64,000 nt of DNA from Lytechinus pictus (lineage: Eukaryota). This document shows, one piece after another, positions 26,101-37,258 of the stretch. Where the stretch lies: contig NC_087252.1 in assembly GCF_037042905.1 (NCBI RefSeq), forward strand, positions 4,094,001-4,158,000. Reading direction: 5' to 3'. The notes under the pieces were generated by a model, which worked only from the letters and a program-made list of their open reading frames with translations, did no database searches and was not told the origin of the DNA. The position numbers and the translations under genes are program-made. Within the stretch, counting starts at the first letter, position 1. Every line of letters begins with the position of its first letter.

Positions 26101-29100
26101 CTCTCTGTAAGTGCACAGAATAAAAAAAAAATGATTATTCATTATTTTTCTTATCTTTTTTGGTGGCAGGTAACGCCGAAAGGAGCATCCGGTAAGTTTG
26201 ATTCAGAACATAGGTGGGGGGTGCTAGAGCTATGATGATTATGATGATGATGGGGGTGATGGTGGTGTGTTGGTGGTGATAACAATGAGGATGATGGTGA
26301 TGATGATGATGATGATGATGATGATGGTGGTGATGATGATGGTGGTGATGATGATGATGATGGTGGTGATGATGATGATGATGATGATGAGATGATAATG
26401 ATGATGAGATGATGATGACGATATTGATAATGATGAAATGATGATGGTGATAATGATGATGAGATGATGATGAGATGATGATGCTGATGATGATAACAAT
26501 GATAACGATAATGATGATGAAGATGGATGATGGTTATGAGAAGGTGGAGAAGGAACAAAAAAGGAAGACGAAGAAAATAAAAAGACTAGAAATAAACAGA
26601 AGAGGAAGAACGAAGATAAGAAGAGGAAGAAGAAGGAGGAACAGAAAACAAAGAAGAAGAAGATAAGAAGAATAATTCAAAGAAGAATAAAGGTAAAGGA
26701 GAAGCAGGGGATAATTAGGGAATCGAAGGGGGTAGATGCACAAACCAGTCTAGGTTATAAACAGCATTACACCGAGGGTAAAAAAAAGAAAAAGTACGGA
26801 AAAGATTTTCAGGAATAAAAGGTTGGAAAATTAGGAAATACTTCGTTTAGCTCTTAATCTTGTTAATTGCTTCATTCTATCAACAGGCGAAAGAAAGCAA
26901 CTACCTAGGAAACCAGAGCATAGACCGGGGTCAGAAGCCAACAAAAATCAAGGCAAAACTACTAACCATGTGCCAATATCAAAGTCAACTCAAACAAGCT
27001 TTCATGATGCAACCAAACACCAAGCCGCTGGGAAGCAGGTAATTGGGAAGATATATTATATATATCACAAAATGTGCGATATATAGAATATGTATCACAA
27101 ATAATTAACCCTAAAAGGACTGGGGGCCGTGATGCCCCCCTCAACGCTTTGCGCAATATTTCCGAAACGCAAAAAAGATAGCGCCGCAAATTTGTTTTAC
27201 TTTTTTCTTTAAAGAATCGCGCAACGTTTGAGACCAAATTCGCGACATACGGCTATATATAGCATCGCGACGTCACATGACTTTTTAGAAGACAATGTCA
27301 TGCAGAAAATGGCTCATTTTAATACTTTGTGTACAAAGTCTATGGAAGATGAAATTCATAAAAGGGTGATTATTTTTTATTCTAATCGGTCTGCTTAATT
27401 AATTAAGGGTTTGATTTAGTTGTTAAATGGTCTCTAATAATTTTCATTGAGAGAAACAATGAAAAACAAAAGATGAAAAAACAAAGAAATACATAAGAAA
27501 TTCTAAAAACAAAGAAATACATAAGGAAAAACCAGCTTTCGCAATTTTTTCTTAGTGGAAACCCTTAAATTAGATTACAAAGATGACTTTTGGAATAAAA
27601 AGAGAATGAATTTGGGTGCTAAATATGCAAATAACGTTTTTCACGAATAAATTTGCATATTTTATTCATAATAAATTAAAAAAAATGATTATTTTACGAA
27701 AATTTTGTAAACAGGCTTGTAGTTTATGTGGTAAAGAATGTGCGTGCCAAATTTCAGCGCGATCGCGCGAACTGCGGCCGAGATCAGAAGGGGGCAACAT
27801 GCCCCCCCCCCCAACCCCCCGTCCTCACATCCTACATCTCACGTCCTACGTCTCACATAGCCCAGTCCTTTTAGGGTTGATATATATCAAAAAGCACTTA
27901 CTGATTTTAAACCGTTTGGTTATAAGCATGAGCATTATCGCGTAGTATAATTCTCATTTTCTATGAGCAAAGTGCGAATGCCTGAGGCGCCAAGAGGCAC
28001 GAATTTTTGTCCATGAGATAGGAGGAAAGTGGTGGATATGGAATTGAGGGGGAAAGGGAAGGGTAGGATAGAGGGGTGGAGATATGGAATGGGCAACGGG
28101 CGGAAAGGATAATCTCATATAGTATTATTACGCTCTATATATGTGGAGTTGAAATATTCATGTAATTTTTTAATGTTAGATTAAGCTGTTTTTATAACAT
28201 GCATATCCTTTATACGCGTGCAAATTGTACGTAATTCATCGAATTGGCTCTGAAGTGCAATATTATTCATAAAACATTTTTAATGTCAAATCTTTTCAAA
28301 TTTGATAAGCTTTAATTTCCCCGAGGACCAACAGTTATAACAGCGTTACAACTTAAACATGTATGCACAAGATGCTTATATTTTAGCATTACACCTCATC
28401 GAGGAAGATCACCAGTGCTCGATAGAAAATTCTCTGAACGATTAAGACTTGCCTTTCATGGTCTAGTGGTCATGACTCTCGCCTTTCAAACAGAGGGGTC
28501 GGGTTCGAATCCTAGCCTTGGCATGTTTTCTTTCAGCAATAAATTTATCCAAACTGTGGTGCACTCGACCCAGGTGAGGTGAATGGGTGCCGGGCAGGAT
28601 TAATTCCTTGAATGCACTGAGCGCCGGTGATGGTAGCTGGAGCTAAAGCTGGGGTAATAATAGCAGTGTTTTGTATCCTCAGGCAAAAAAAAAACACGCT
28701 ATATAAATCCAGCTATTGTTATGATTATCATTATAATTATTATTGTCTCTGTAGGATGGAACAAAAAAGTTGGGAACAAGTCGTCTTATCCAAGTCACCG
28801 AAGCAGACTTCACAGCTGATTTCATATCTACTGAATATGAGACTCGTCCTGACAAAGCGATTGAAAATTCCGAAAGGCCACTCTCTCCACTTAACCCAGG
28901 TCAGGCAAGGGCACCAGCTGACGACCATGTAGAATTAGAATCAATCGCTGAGGAAGTTGTCAAAAACACTCCTGAGAAGGATGGTGACCTGGAGGTTGAA
29001 GACCTTGAGAAAGATGAATGTAAGATGGAAGAACTGCCTTCAAAAGAAATCGAAGATGGCGCTGTTGAACCCGCACAGGAGAGAGTCGATCATGTTGACC

Positions 29101-32100
29101 CTCAGATTGGCCAAGCGGAGAAAGTTAATAGCAAGGATGCCAATTGTTGCAAATCACAAGAACTTGAGGAGGGAAAAGAGAAGAGGAATCAGAGTGAAAG
29201 TGAAATGAAATCTGACGTAATAGAAGACGAAGAGCTTGAACTCATGATAGCAGATATAATGTCAGACACCGCAGATGTTGCAAAGCATGAACCCCATGTT
29301 CCATTGAATTGTGCATCAGAACAAATAAAAGCCATTGAACCTGTGGAGGGTCTGAATGAACGGTACAGTGAGCACTTGGCATCACTGCCTAAGCCAATAG
29401 ACACAGATACAACGGAAGTCATGGAGAAGGATAAAGATGCAGAGAAACCTGCGGAAGTTCATGAAAGATGCAGTGTCTGTCTGGCAACTGCACCTCCTCC
29501 AATGTCAACAGAGGGGGGAAAGGTCATGGGTGAAATTACCGATGCGTCACTAGACGTAACAACAGAAACTGCAGGTAAGACCACCAAGGGGACAGAAGCA
29601 AAAGGCGACTTACATGAAGCATGTAGTGTATGTCTTGCAACCGCACCACCACCTTTTTCTACTGAAGCGATTCATCCAGAGACAGATGCAAGACAGAAAG
29701 AACATATTGAGGCTTTATCAAGTGATATAGGAGAAGAAAATGAACATCAGAAAACAGAAATGCATGAAACATGCAGTGTGTGTTTGGCAACTGCAGCAGT
29801 TACTGCACCACCTTCAACAGAAACAACTAATGTAAACGAAACAAAGATAGAACAAACAGAGCTTGTTGAAGTTCCTTTGAGTGATAAAACAGGAGGAAAT
29901 ACTACACAGAAGGAAAGCAATGACCAAGAAGAAGTACATGAAGTATGTAGTGTCTGTCTTGCAACGGTTCCTCCTACAAATATCCTTGAAGAAGAACATG
30001 CTGAATCAACAGGCAAGACGGAAGCTGCTGAGGTTTCATCATCATGGACAGCAGCAGACACTGAACAAAAGGAATGTAATGAAAAAGAAGCCGAAGAATT
30101 GCATGAAACATGCAGTGTTTGTTTGGCAACTGCTCCCGAGACAACAGTTGCTGAAGAAGAAAGCACTGAAAGAACAGAGAAAACAGAAGACAGTGAATCT
30201 TCCTCAGCAAATACCCACAGGAAAGACACTGCAGCGAATCCTGAAACAGAGACGGAAGAAAACCCAGAAAAGCAAGGTGAAATGAAAGTGACTGGAAATC
30301 TAGTTGATTCTACAAGCACAACAGATACAGATACCAGTAAGGTCACTCAGGGGATAGGCAATGAGATACATGAAGCATGCAGTGTATGTATGGCAACAAC
30401 ACCTCCCACTGTTCCTGCTGTTGACATCGCGGACCCTTCCAAGGGTGATGCAGAGGAGATAGAAGTAGGAGGAGTACATAAAACATGCTTGGCAAGTGAA
30501 CCTTCTGAAAAACAAGAGGGAGAATTAAACGCCGCAAGAAGCATTTGTTCAGCCACTGACATGGCTTCATCTGTGAATGCAGGGGACGTTCCCGAAGAGA
30601 AGGTGATAAGTCCCTTGGGAACTGAGCAATCGCCTGAAGTTACAGCATCAGAAAATGATAGAGAGAACAATAGTAAGGGTAAAGGAGAAGTACATGAAAC
30701 ATGTAGTGTTTGTTTGGCCACAGGATCATCATCAGTCTCTGCAACAGAAGGGACTGGCAAGACTACCAATACCAACGCTATTTCAACAGAGGATATTCCA
30801 AAAAGTATTAAATCTCCCCCTGACACCACTCATGACACCACAGAGTGCATTACTGATAAATTAAATACAAATGAACCCCTTCCACAAGAGATTACAGAAG
30901 TAAACACTGCAAAGTCAGATGGAACGGCTACTCTAATTGAGGAATGCGACGAACCAGTGGCCAAGGTGTCTTCACAAAATGCAACAGAAGAAAACCCAGC
31001 AGAGTCAACTAAAGAAACTATCAGAGAGAGAACCAAATCATCAACACTGGTAGATGGAGAAGACAGTACAGAGGCAACCGGCCCTCCATCCACTAAAGAA
31101 GATACGGCACAGGCCATTGAGCCTGTAACTGCTGTGAAAGCAGATACTGCAATGGAAGTGGAACCTCCTATCACTGAAACAGGAGGAGACGAATCTCCAG
31201 CCACTGCACCTGAGGGAAATCCGGAGGACAACAAAGTGGCAAAAACTGCTCCAACTGAAGACACAGCAGTTCCTGTTGAATGTCCACCCATTACTACAAA
31301 GTGCACTGAAGAGACAAATGAAACAGAAATACATGCTGAAACAGTACTTAAAGACAATGTAAAGGAAGAAGTTCATCAGACATGCAGTGTCTGTTTGGCA
31401 ACCAATCCTCAGAAGGAAGTTACAGAAGAGGCACAGAATGCACAGCAGGCTGTTGAAATCAGAGATGCTGCGGAAGTACATGAAGCATGCAGTGTCTGTT
31501 TAGCCACTGAACCTATGACACCAGACACACAAGAAGAACAAACACAAGAAAAAATCAAAGAAGTTAAAGGAGAAGAAATTCATGAAACTTGCAGTGTATG
31601 TCTGGCAGCTGAAAGTCAAACAACTCAAGAAGTGGCTACCACGGACAAAGCTAGTGAAGAACGAGTGCATGAAATATGCAGTGTTTGTATGGCTACAGTG
31701 ACTGCTCCATCAGTACCGGTTGAATCAGGTCCTACAGAGCAAGTTTCCAAAGCCCATGAGGTAATTCCTCCGGTATTGGTAGAAGATGAAAATCAAACTT
31801 CAGAGACAGTTATTGAGGTTCATTACATAGAAGACATACATGATACATGTAGTGTCTGTATAGCCACTGGCTCTTCTGCTCCTGAGGAAAGTAAGAACAG
31901 CAGCAATATTAGCAAAGTTAACAAAGTTCAACAAGCTCAGGATGATATGCCAGAACCCCCAGAGCACAGCACAAAAGGAAATGCTGTAAATGCGCACGAG
32001 ATACAAGATGACAATGCCCCACTCTCATCTTCTCCCGAGGTAGCTTCATCAACAAACCAAGTCGAAAGTGATGACTTTGCAGAAGGTAGTGACCAACCTA

Positions 32101-32252
32101 ATATTCCTGTATCTACAAGTCCAACAAAGGATATAAGTAAAGAAACAGAAGATCACGATACAGAAGCTGAAACTATGGAGACTGACAAGAAAAGAGATGA
32201 TGTTGAGAACAGGGCCACAGAATCAAGCATCCCAGAAACTCCTACAGAGTAA
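23078..32252 (+). CDS. Gene 2: 1258-aa uncharacterised acidic, low-complexity protein with N-terminal MGCCVS acylation motif and 12 HExCSVC[LMI]A repeats
   Basis: Exons 23078-23117, 25017-25081, 26170-26191, 26887-27038 and 28755-32252. All junctions are GT-AG with phases 1,0,1,0, giving one open frame: MGCCVSSGTKDVKVEPWPSYHETFKGKNPDINSTQVTPKGASGERKQ...KQDGTKKLGTSRL... Confidence 0.8.
25017..25081 (+). CDS. Gene 2 exon 2
   Basis: Long pyrimidine tract plus TAG acceptor; donor CAG|GTAAGT. Confidence 0.75.
26170..26191 (+). CDS. Gene 2 micro-exon 3 (22 nt, VTPKGAS-G)
   Basis: T-rich tract plus CAG acceptor, donor CCG|GTAAGT. It is needed to bridge phase 0 to phase 1. Confidence 0.65.
26232..26710. 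repeat. (GAT/GGT)n microsatellite grading into a (GAA)-rich purine tract
   Basis: Direct reading. Confidence 0.9.
26887..27038 (+). CDS. Gene 2 exon 4
   Basis: CAACAG acceptor and CAG|GTAATT donor; open frame GERKQLPRKPEHRPG...AAGKQ. Confidence 0.75.
27109..27876. mobile_element. piggyBac-like non-autonomous element
   Basis: TTAA-CCCTAAAAGGACTGGG ... CCCAGTCCTTTTAGGG-TTGA; a related fragment lies at about 43290-43760. Confidence 0.8.
28451..28745 (+). mobile_element. tRNA(Glu-like)-derived SINE with (TTA)-like tail
   Basis: A box TGGTCTAGTGG at 28459, CTTTCAA loop, B box GGTTCGAATCC at 28502, core GCACTCGACCCAGGTGAGGTGAATGGGT. Confidence 0.82.
28755..32252 (+). CDS. Gene 2 giant exon 5 (1165 aa, E/T-rich with HExCSVC repeats)
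   Basis: 3.5-kb ORF; acceptor TCTCTGTAG at 28754 is in frame with the ORF. Confidence 0.92.
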   Translation, partial: DGTKKLGTSRLIQVTEADFTADFISTEYETRPDKAIENSERPLSPLNPGQARAPADDHVELESIAEEVVKNTPEKDGDLEVEDLEKDECKMEELPSKEIEDGAVEPAQERVDHVDPQIGQAEKVNSKDANCCKSQELEEGKEKRNQSESEMKSDVIEDEELELMIADIMSDTADVAKHEPHVPLNCASEQIKAIEPVEGLNERYSEHLASLPKPIDTDTTEVMEKDKDAEKPAEVHERCSVCLATAPPPMSTEGGKVMGEITDASLDVTTETAGKTTKGTEAKGDLHEACSVCLATAPPPFSTEAIHPETDARQKEHIEALSSDIGEENEHQKTEMHETCSVCLATAAVTAPPSTETTNVNETKIEQTELVEVPLSDKTGGNTTQKESNDQEEVHEVCSVCLATVPPTNILEEEHAESTGKTEAAEVSSSWTAADTEQKECNEKEAEELHETCSVCLATAPETTVAEEESTERTEKTEDSESSSANTHRKDTAANPETETEENPEKQGEMKVTGNLVDSTSTTDTDTSKVTQGIGNEIHEACSVCMATTPPTVPAVDIADPSKGDAEEIEVGGVHKTCLASEPSEKQEGELNAARSICSATDMASSVNAGDVPEEKVISPLGTEQSPEVTASENDRENNSKGKGEVHETCSVCLATGSSSVSATEGTGKTTNTNAISTEDIPKSIKSPPDTTHDTTECITDKLNTNEPLPQEITEVNTAKSDGTATLIEECDEPVAKVSSQNATEENPAESTKETIRERTKSSTLVDGEDSTEATGPPSTKEDTAQAIEPVTAVKADTAMEVEPPITETGGDESPATAPEGNPEDNKVAKTAPTEDTAVPVECPPITTKCTEETNETEIHAETVLKDNVKEEVHQTCSVCLATNPQKEVTEEAQNAQQAVEIRDAAEVHEACSVCLATEPMTPDTQEEQTQEKIKEVKGEEIHETCSVCLAAESQTTQEVATTDKASEERVHEICSVCMATVTAPSVPVESGPTEQVSKAHEVIPPVLVEDENQTSETVIEVHYIEDIHDTCSVCIATGSSAPEESKNSSNISKVNKVQQAQDDMPEPPEHSTKGNAVNAHEIQDDNAPLSSSPEVASSTNQVESDDFAEGSDQPNIPVSTSPTKDISKETEDHDTEAETMETDKKRDDVENRATESSIPETPTE

Positions 32253-32775
32253 GGAATCCAGAGTGTTCCTGTAGAACTTCCAAGAAATTCTGAAGATGCT
32301 AATGTTGCAGATGTTGAGGAAAATACTGTGAGAGCAGAAACTACTTCTGATGTTGGAGAAACCAGAGGGCCTGAAAGCTCAGAACCATTGACTGCAGAAC
32401 AATCCTTAGATCTACAAGCTATAAAAGTCAGTGCCTGATATACTGCTAAAGAAAATGACCGGTGTGGAGGAGGAATATCATTGAAAATTTACAACTAGTA
32501 TGTCCAATATAGTTTGCATATTCACTTGTTTTTCAATGAAAGATCAAAGTAATAATATTTTATAAAATTATGAACAATCAATACTTTTCAATCATGATAT
32601 AAATAAACCTAAATTCAAACAAAAATAATCACTTTAATTTGATATTTTTATGTTTCCTTTTAAATTAGTAATTTAAAGACAATAAAATATAATTAAAAAT
32701 CATGTAATCAGTAAATGGGCTTACTAGTAATGAATCTCTTATAACAATCTTGCAAAATAAGTAATAAGTAAGCAA

Positions 32776-32954
32776 CAGGGGCCGCGGAAGCAGGGGGGGG
32801 GGGGGGGCTGGGGGCTTCAGCCCACCACTTTTTTCCAAAACCATGTACAAAAATGTAAAAATGACCATATGATTGTGATTTTCTGCATGGTCAGCCCCCC
32901 CCCCCCCCACTATTGGCTCAGCCCTCCCACTTGAAAACTGTTCCGCGGCCCCTG
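32776..32954. mobile_element. Small G/C-tract MITE (related copy about 53927-54070)
   Basis: CAGGGGCCGCGGAA ... TTCCGCGGCCCCTG, flanked by AGCAA on both sides. Confidence 0.8.
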
Positions 32955-35653
32955 AGCAATTGTGGATTCAGACAAGGGCATAAGGGATGCGTGCCCCATC
33001 TGTATTCTGAATCACCCATTAAACTTTAAAATTGATCTAAAAAAAGAATTGAATACTGCAGACTGCACCCCCTCTATTTTCAAACTTGCTCTGTGTCCCT
33101 TTTATTTTTTAAATCCTGGATCCCCCACACCGATAGACCAAGGGACCCTTACACAGAGAGTTGAATTTAGATCTTATATTACCCAGGAACAGTACCCAGT
33201 AACATAAAGCTTAGTCACTGGTCTTGGGGCTGATTTCTATGATTGATTGCATTGACTATTGTGTATGATCAATCGTAAAAGTCAGATCAATCACTAAGCT
33301 TTATGCAACTGTTCAGACGTGGAGCAATATAAAGTTGCAGCTTGGCAACATTTTGGCAGCATTCACGCATAACACAAGACAAATCATCCCTCTTGTGTTA
33401 AAATGCACATTATCTGCTTCAAGGAAAGTTGCACATATTCATGATTTATTACATCGTGACAACATACTAATTTGTCCATGAATATATGATTAAAACTTAT
33501 TTTGCTCAAGTATTTCACAATGAATTTGACAGATTTGCATTTTTTTTCAAGTCATGCAAAAAAATTGGTCTTCTTCTCAAGTAATATCTTTTTAAAATTC
33601 TATTATTCCATCAAATTTGTTCACAACTTCTGCTGAGGTTTTATTTTCATTCCATGTCTGAACAAGCATTTTTTTCTGATTCAGATGATGGGACATTTAG
33701 TAATGTCCATGAAAATTAACGTTCTTGAAATGACATACACAATGACTGTACAGTATGGTTTATGTTGGCCTGAAATTTGATGTTTTTTTCCCCTTTGGGA
33801 TGGGGGAGGGGATCACAATGTTTGATTTACATGAGCTAATGTGAAGCTAGCATCAATGTGCCAATTTGTATTTTCTTTATTGTATTAATTTCACATATTC
33901 ATGACCAACTCTCTTCCAATTTCTTAAAACATTAACATCTTACAAACTATGAAACATGTCAACACTATTAAGAATTTTCAGTTTATTACGAATGTCACAT
34001 TTATAAAAAAATATGTGTTTTTACAATCTTTGCATGGGATACTAAAAAGTTATGAGTATGATCAACAGAAATATATGTATGAAGGTATTGAGAGGATATA
34101 TTTATCTGTTTCTCTGTCTCAATTTCTCTCAATATGGAAGCTGAGTAATACACAAAGATGTGGTACAACCGATTGATAATATGACACTCAAAATTCAATA
34201 TTGGGCTCATATATTTCATAAGCTTTTGGTAAGTTAAGAGTGTCTTTAAGAATGACTGGTGGTCCTTTCTTGTGGTACATGTAAATGATATACATGTACA
34301 CCATTTAATGTTCATTAGTGATTAGCTAGCGCAAAGAAATGGTCACCAGTCGCTCTTAACATTACTACAGCTTTATGTAACACCCACCTGGGGTGTTTCA
34401 CCAGGAGTTAAGTGCGACTTAAAAGTAATGCTTAATGCTGGCAAGCACATAATATCAACACACCATTTTATTGATTAATACGCAGAAGCGCTAGTCCTCT
34501 TGGCATGAATGACTTCATAATGTAGTGATGCATTTTACACAGCATGCAACTGAAAATTAAGGTGTGACTTCAAATCATACTTAACTCCCTGTGAAACACT
34601 CACCCATATCATCTAATATGAGTAAAACATATATGTTCAGATAATTTTTGACATTTAAACTCCCTAAGATTGTGTAAGAGTAGACGTAGTTCAGGAAAAC
34701 CATGAAAGAATGGGTGACTTCATATTCCAGCAATTAATGAAATTATTTGTAATCAATTGAGAAAAAAACATTCTAGATTTAACATTATCTTGAATTATTT
34801 GAAGATGGGCACTGATATAAGAATAACTTGGTTCCTGGAAGCTGATTGGAAATAAGCCTCATCTTTCTCACCCAATTGGCATTCTTATCAAGGAAAGATG
34901 TACATGTATGTGAATAGAATCCAAAGTCGGCAGACAAATCAAATAAACTTTAAAATCATGGTTAAAATTATTAGCATGTAGGCAATATTAGAGAAGAATG
35001 TAGAGCTGCCAGAGGTGGTAAGAGCTATGGTTCCCTCAGACTCAGAGATGCTAATACAACTATTTTCTTGAGGGACGCAGTCCCCAAAGTACATAGTATC
35101 ACCAAATCTCTGAAGGTTGTATATATCTGGTTTATATCCAGCATAGGTATTAAATGTAAGAGATATGGTCAAATGAATTAACAAATGGGAATCCCAAATG
35201 TGACATGAAATTGACAAAATCTGATAAAGGTGATCAGCAAACAATGGAACTTCTACATCACTATGCATGTGATTAAAGCTCTGTGCATGCATCCGTCAGC
35301 AGTCTGTACTATATACGGCTCAGGTAACATTTTCAGCTTGTAACGTCAGCTGTCGGAATTCACTGCATTTTTTGTGACGGTTGGAATAATGTTCAATCAC
35401 ATGAAAGGTTTATACTGATCACCTGTTCAGATTTTATGATGGATGTGGTGCAGTTACTTCACCACATACATTTTGTTTTGTCATATTCCAATTTTAGTGG
35501 CCATTTTGTCTGATTTTGATTGTGTTAGGTGCGCAGCTTCTAAAGGAATTTAAAAAGATTATGGTCCTCGGAAGGTTTATGAAAGCCAGGGTGGACATTT
35601 GGGTAAAAAGGCTGATAAACACTGTGTTTTGGTAAATCCTGTTGCACATTTAA

Positions 35654-36258
35654 AGGGATGGTTTGGGCTGAAAATATTTATATCTAAATAAATAGAGTAA
35701 AATTCACAGAGCAAATTGCTGAAAATTCATCAATATCGGATAACAAATAACGAAGTTATTGAATTTCAAAGTTCATCAATATTTTGTGAAAACAGTTATA
35801 TGCACATCATCCCAAATATTCATTAGGTGGGCTGATGATGTCTCATCCCCACTTTCCTTTTTCTTACATGTTATTACATGAAGTCATAAATGATTGATTT
35901 TTTCATACATGGGTAAATGATGTGTCTTCATTATGATGAAATATGTTGTGGCAATAAATAACTAATACACTTAATGAGTTGTCAATCAAATTGATTTAAT
36001 TCTGGGTAGAACAATTTTGAATAAACCTAATTTCATATAATAAAATACAAAAGAACAAGTGGGGATATGACATCATCAGCCCACCTAATGAATATTCATA
36101 AAGACATACCTAGAACTGTTTCACCGGAATAATGCAAATCTTTAAAATTTAATAACTTTGTTACTTGTTATCCGATTTTTATCAAATTTTCAGCATTTCG
36201 CTCTGTGAATTTTACTCTATTTATTGAGATATAAATATTCCCAGCCTGGACCATCCCT
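35654..36258. mobile_element. Kolobok-like MITE (partial relative about 17090-17642)
   Basis: TTAA-AGGGATGGT ... ACCATCCCT-TTAA with long inverted arms. Confidence 0.85.
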
Positions 36259-36600
36259 TTAATGATCCAACTACAGCATGATTTTGAACAACCAGCGTTT
36301 TAGCATAAAGTTTCATGAAGTAAAATTATTTGATTTGAAATTCAGTACAATGCTAGGAATACTAATCAGAATCCTCTTTTGCTGCCAGCCTTGTGTTCAG
36401 AGTAAAGACCAAACCTGCTTCAAGTCACAGCCGATGATGAAATCAATGTGTAACTTGCTAACACTGTACAACTTGCTTTTGGTTCATATTTTCTGGCTTG
36501 TTAAGTTGACTTTTACTTATTTTTCAATAAGACTTGGTATTCTATAGTACTTATTAAAAAGCTGACCTCATCATTTACAAGATGAAATAAAACAGTCCAG

Positions 36601-36813
36601 GGGGTGTTTCACAAAGATTTAAGTAAGACTTAAGAGTTGCAGTTTAATGCCGACGTGTACACTACATGAAACGCGCAATCATATTGGTCAATGGCAGTAG
36701 TGCGCGTCCTCATGGCATGATCTGACCAATTTGGTCATGTCTTTTATACCCCAAACGCAACTAGGCATTTAAATGCGACTCTAAGTCATACTTAAATCTT
36801 TGTGAAACACCCC
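36601..36813. mobile_element. Harbinger-like MITE (relative about 34390-34600)
   Basis: GGGGTGTTTCACAAAGATTTAAGTA ... TACTTAAATCTTTGTGAAACACCCC. Confidence 0.8.
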
Positions 36814-37258
36814 CAAGATTCATAAATGTGGTTTTGAATCAGTGGTTTGAAAACCATGCATGGGTTATGCAGATTTCATGCATGTATTGTGCTGAATTCA
36901 GTACATACATGTATAATGAGATGAACGTTTATTTTCATCACAGCATGCTAAATGCATGCCTGTGACTAAGGTTAAGTCAGCCAAATTTATATGTACACTG
37001 ATATAAAACATGGAATCACTTATCTAGACAAAACAGTTGGTTTATTAATGCTGTAATCGTAGCAACAACTGTCAATTTACCGCACTGTGATAAAAATGTG
37101 CATATTGGACGCTTTGTCAATACATGCACTGACTTTAGCATGATAAATGCATGAAATCTGCATAAAACCATGTTTTCAAACCATGGATACAGTTACACCT
37201 TTGAGAATTCAGGCTAACGTCAGGCAAATGTCTAAAAATGTTTAAAAAAGGGCAAGAG

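Noticed and set aside
28451..28525. tRNA-Glu gene (also 8260-8334)
   Set aside because: Degenerate stems, continuing into a shared SINE body and tail.
29460..31870. Multiheme cytochrome c or RING/PHD finger interpretation of the CxxC repeats
   Set aside because: His precedes rather than follows CxxC (not CxxCH), and the motifs are isolated by long acidic linkers instead of RING/PHD spacing.
28957..32006. Multiple antisense and alternative-frame ORFs inside the giant exon
   Set aside because: They are shadows of the biased codon composition of the real ORF.
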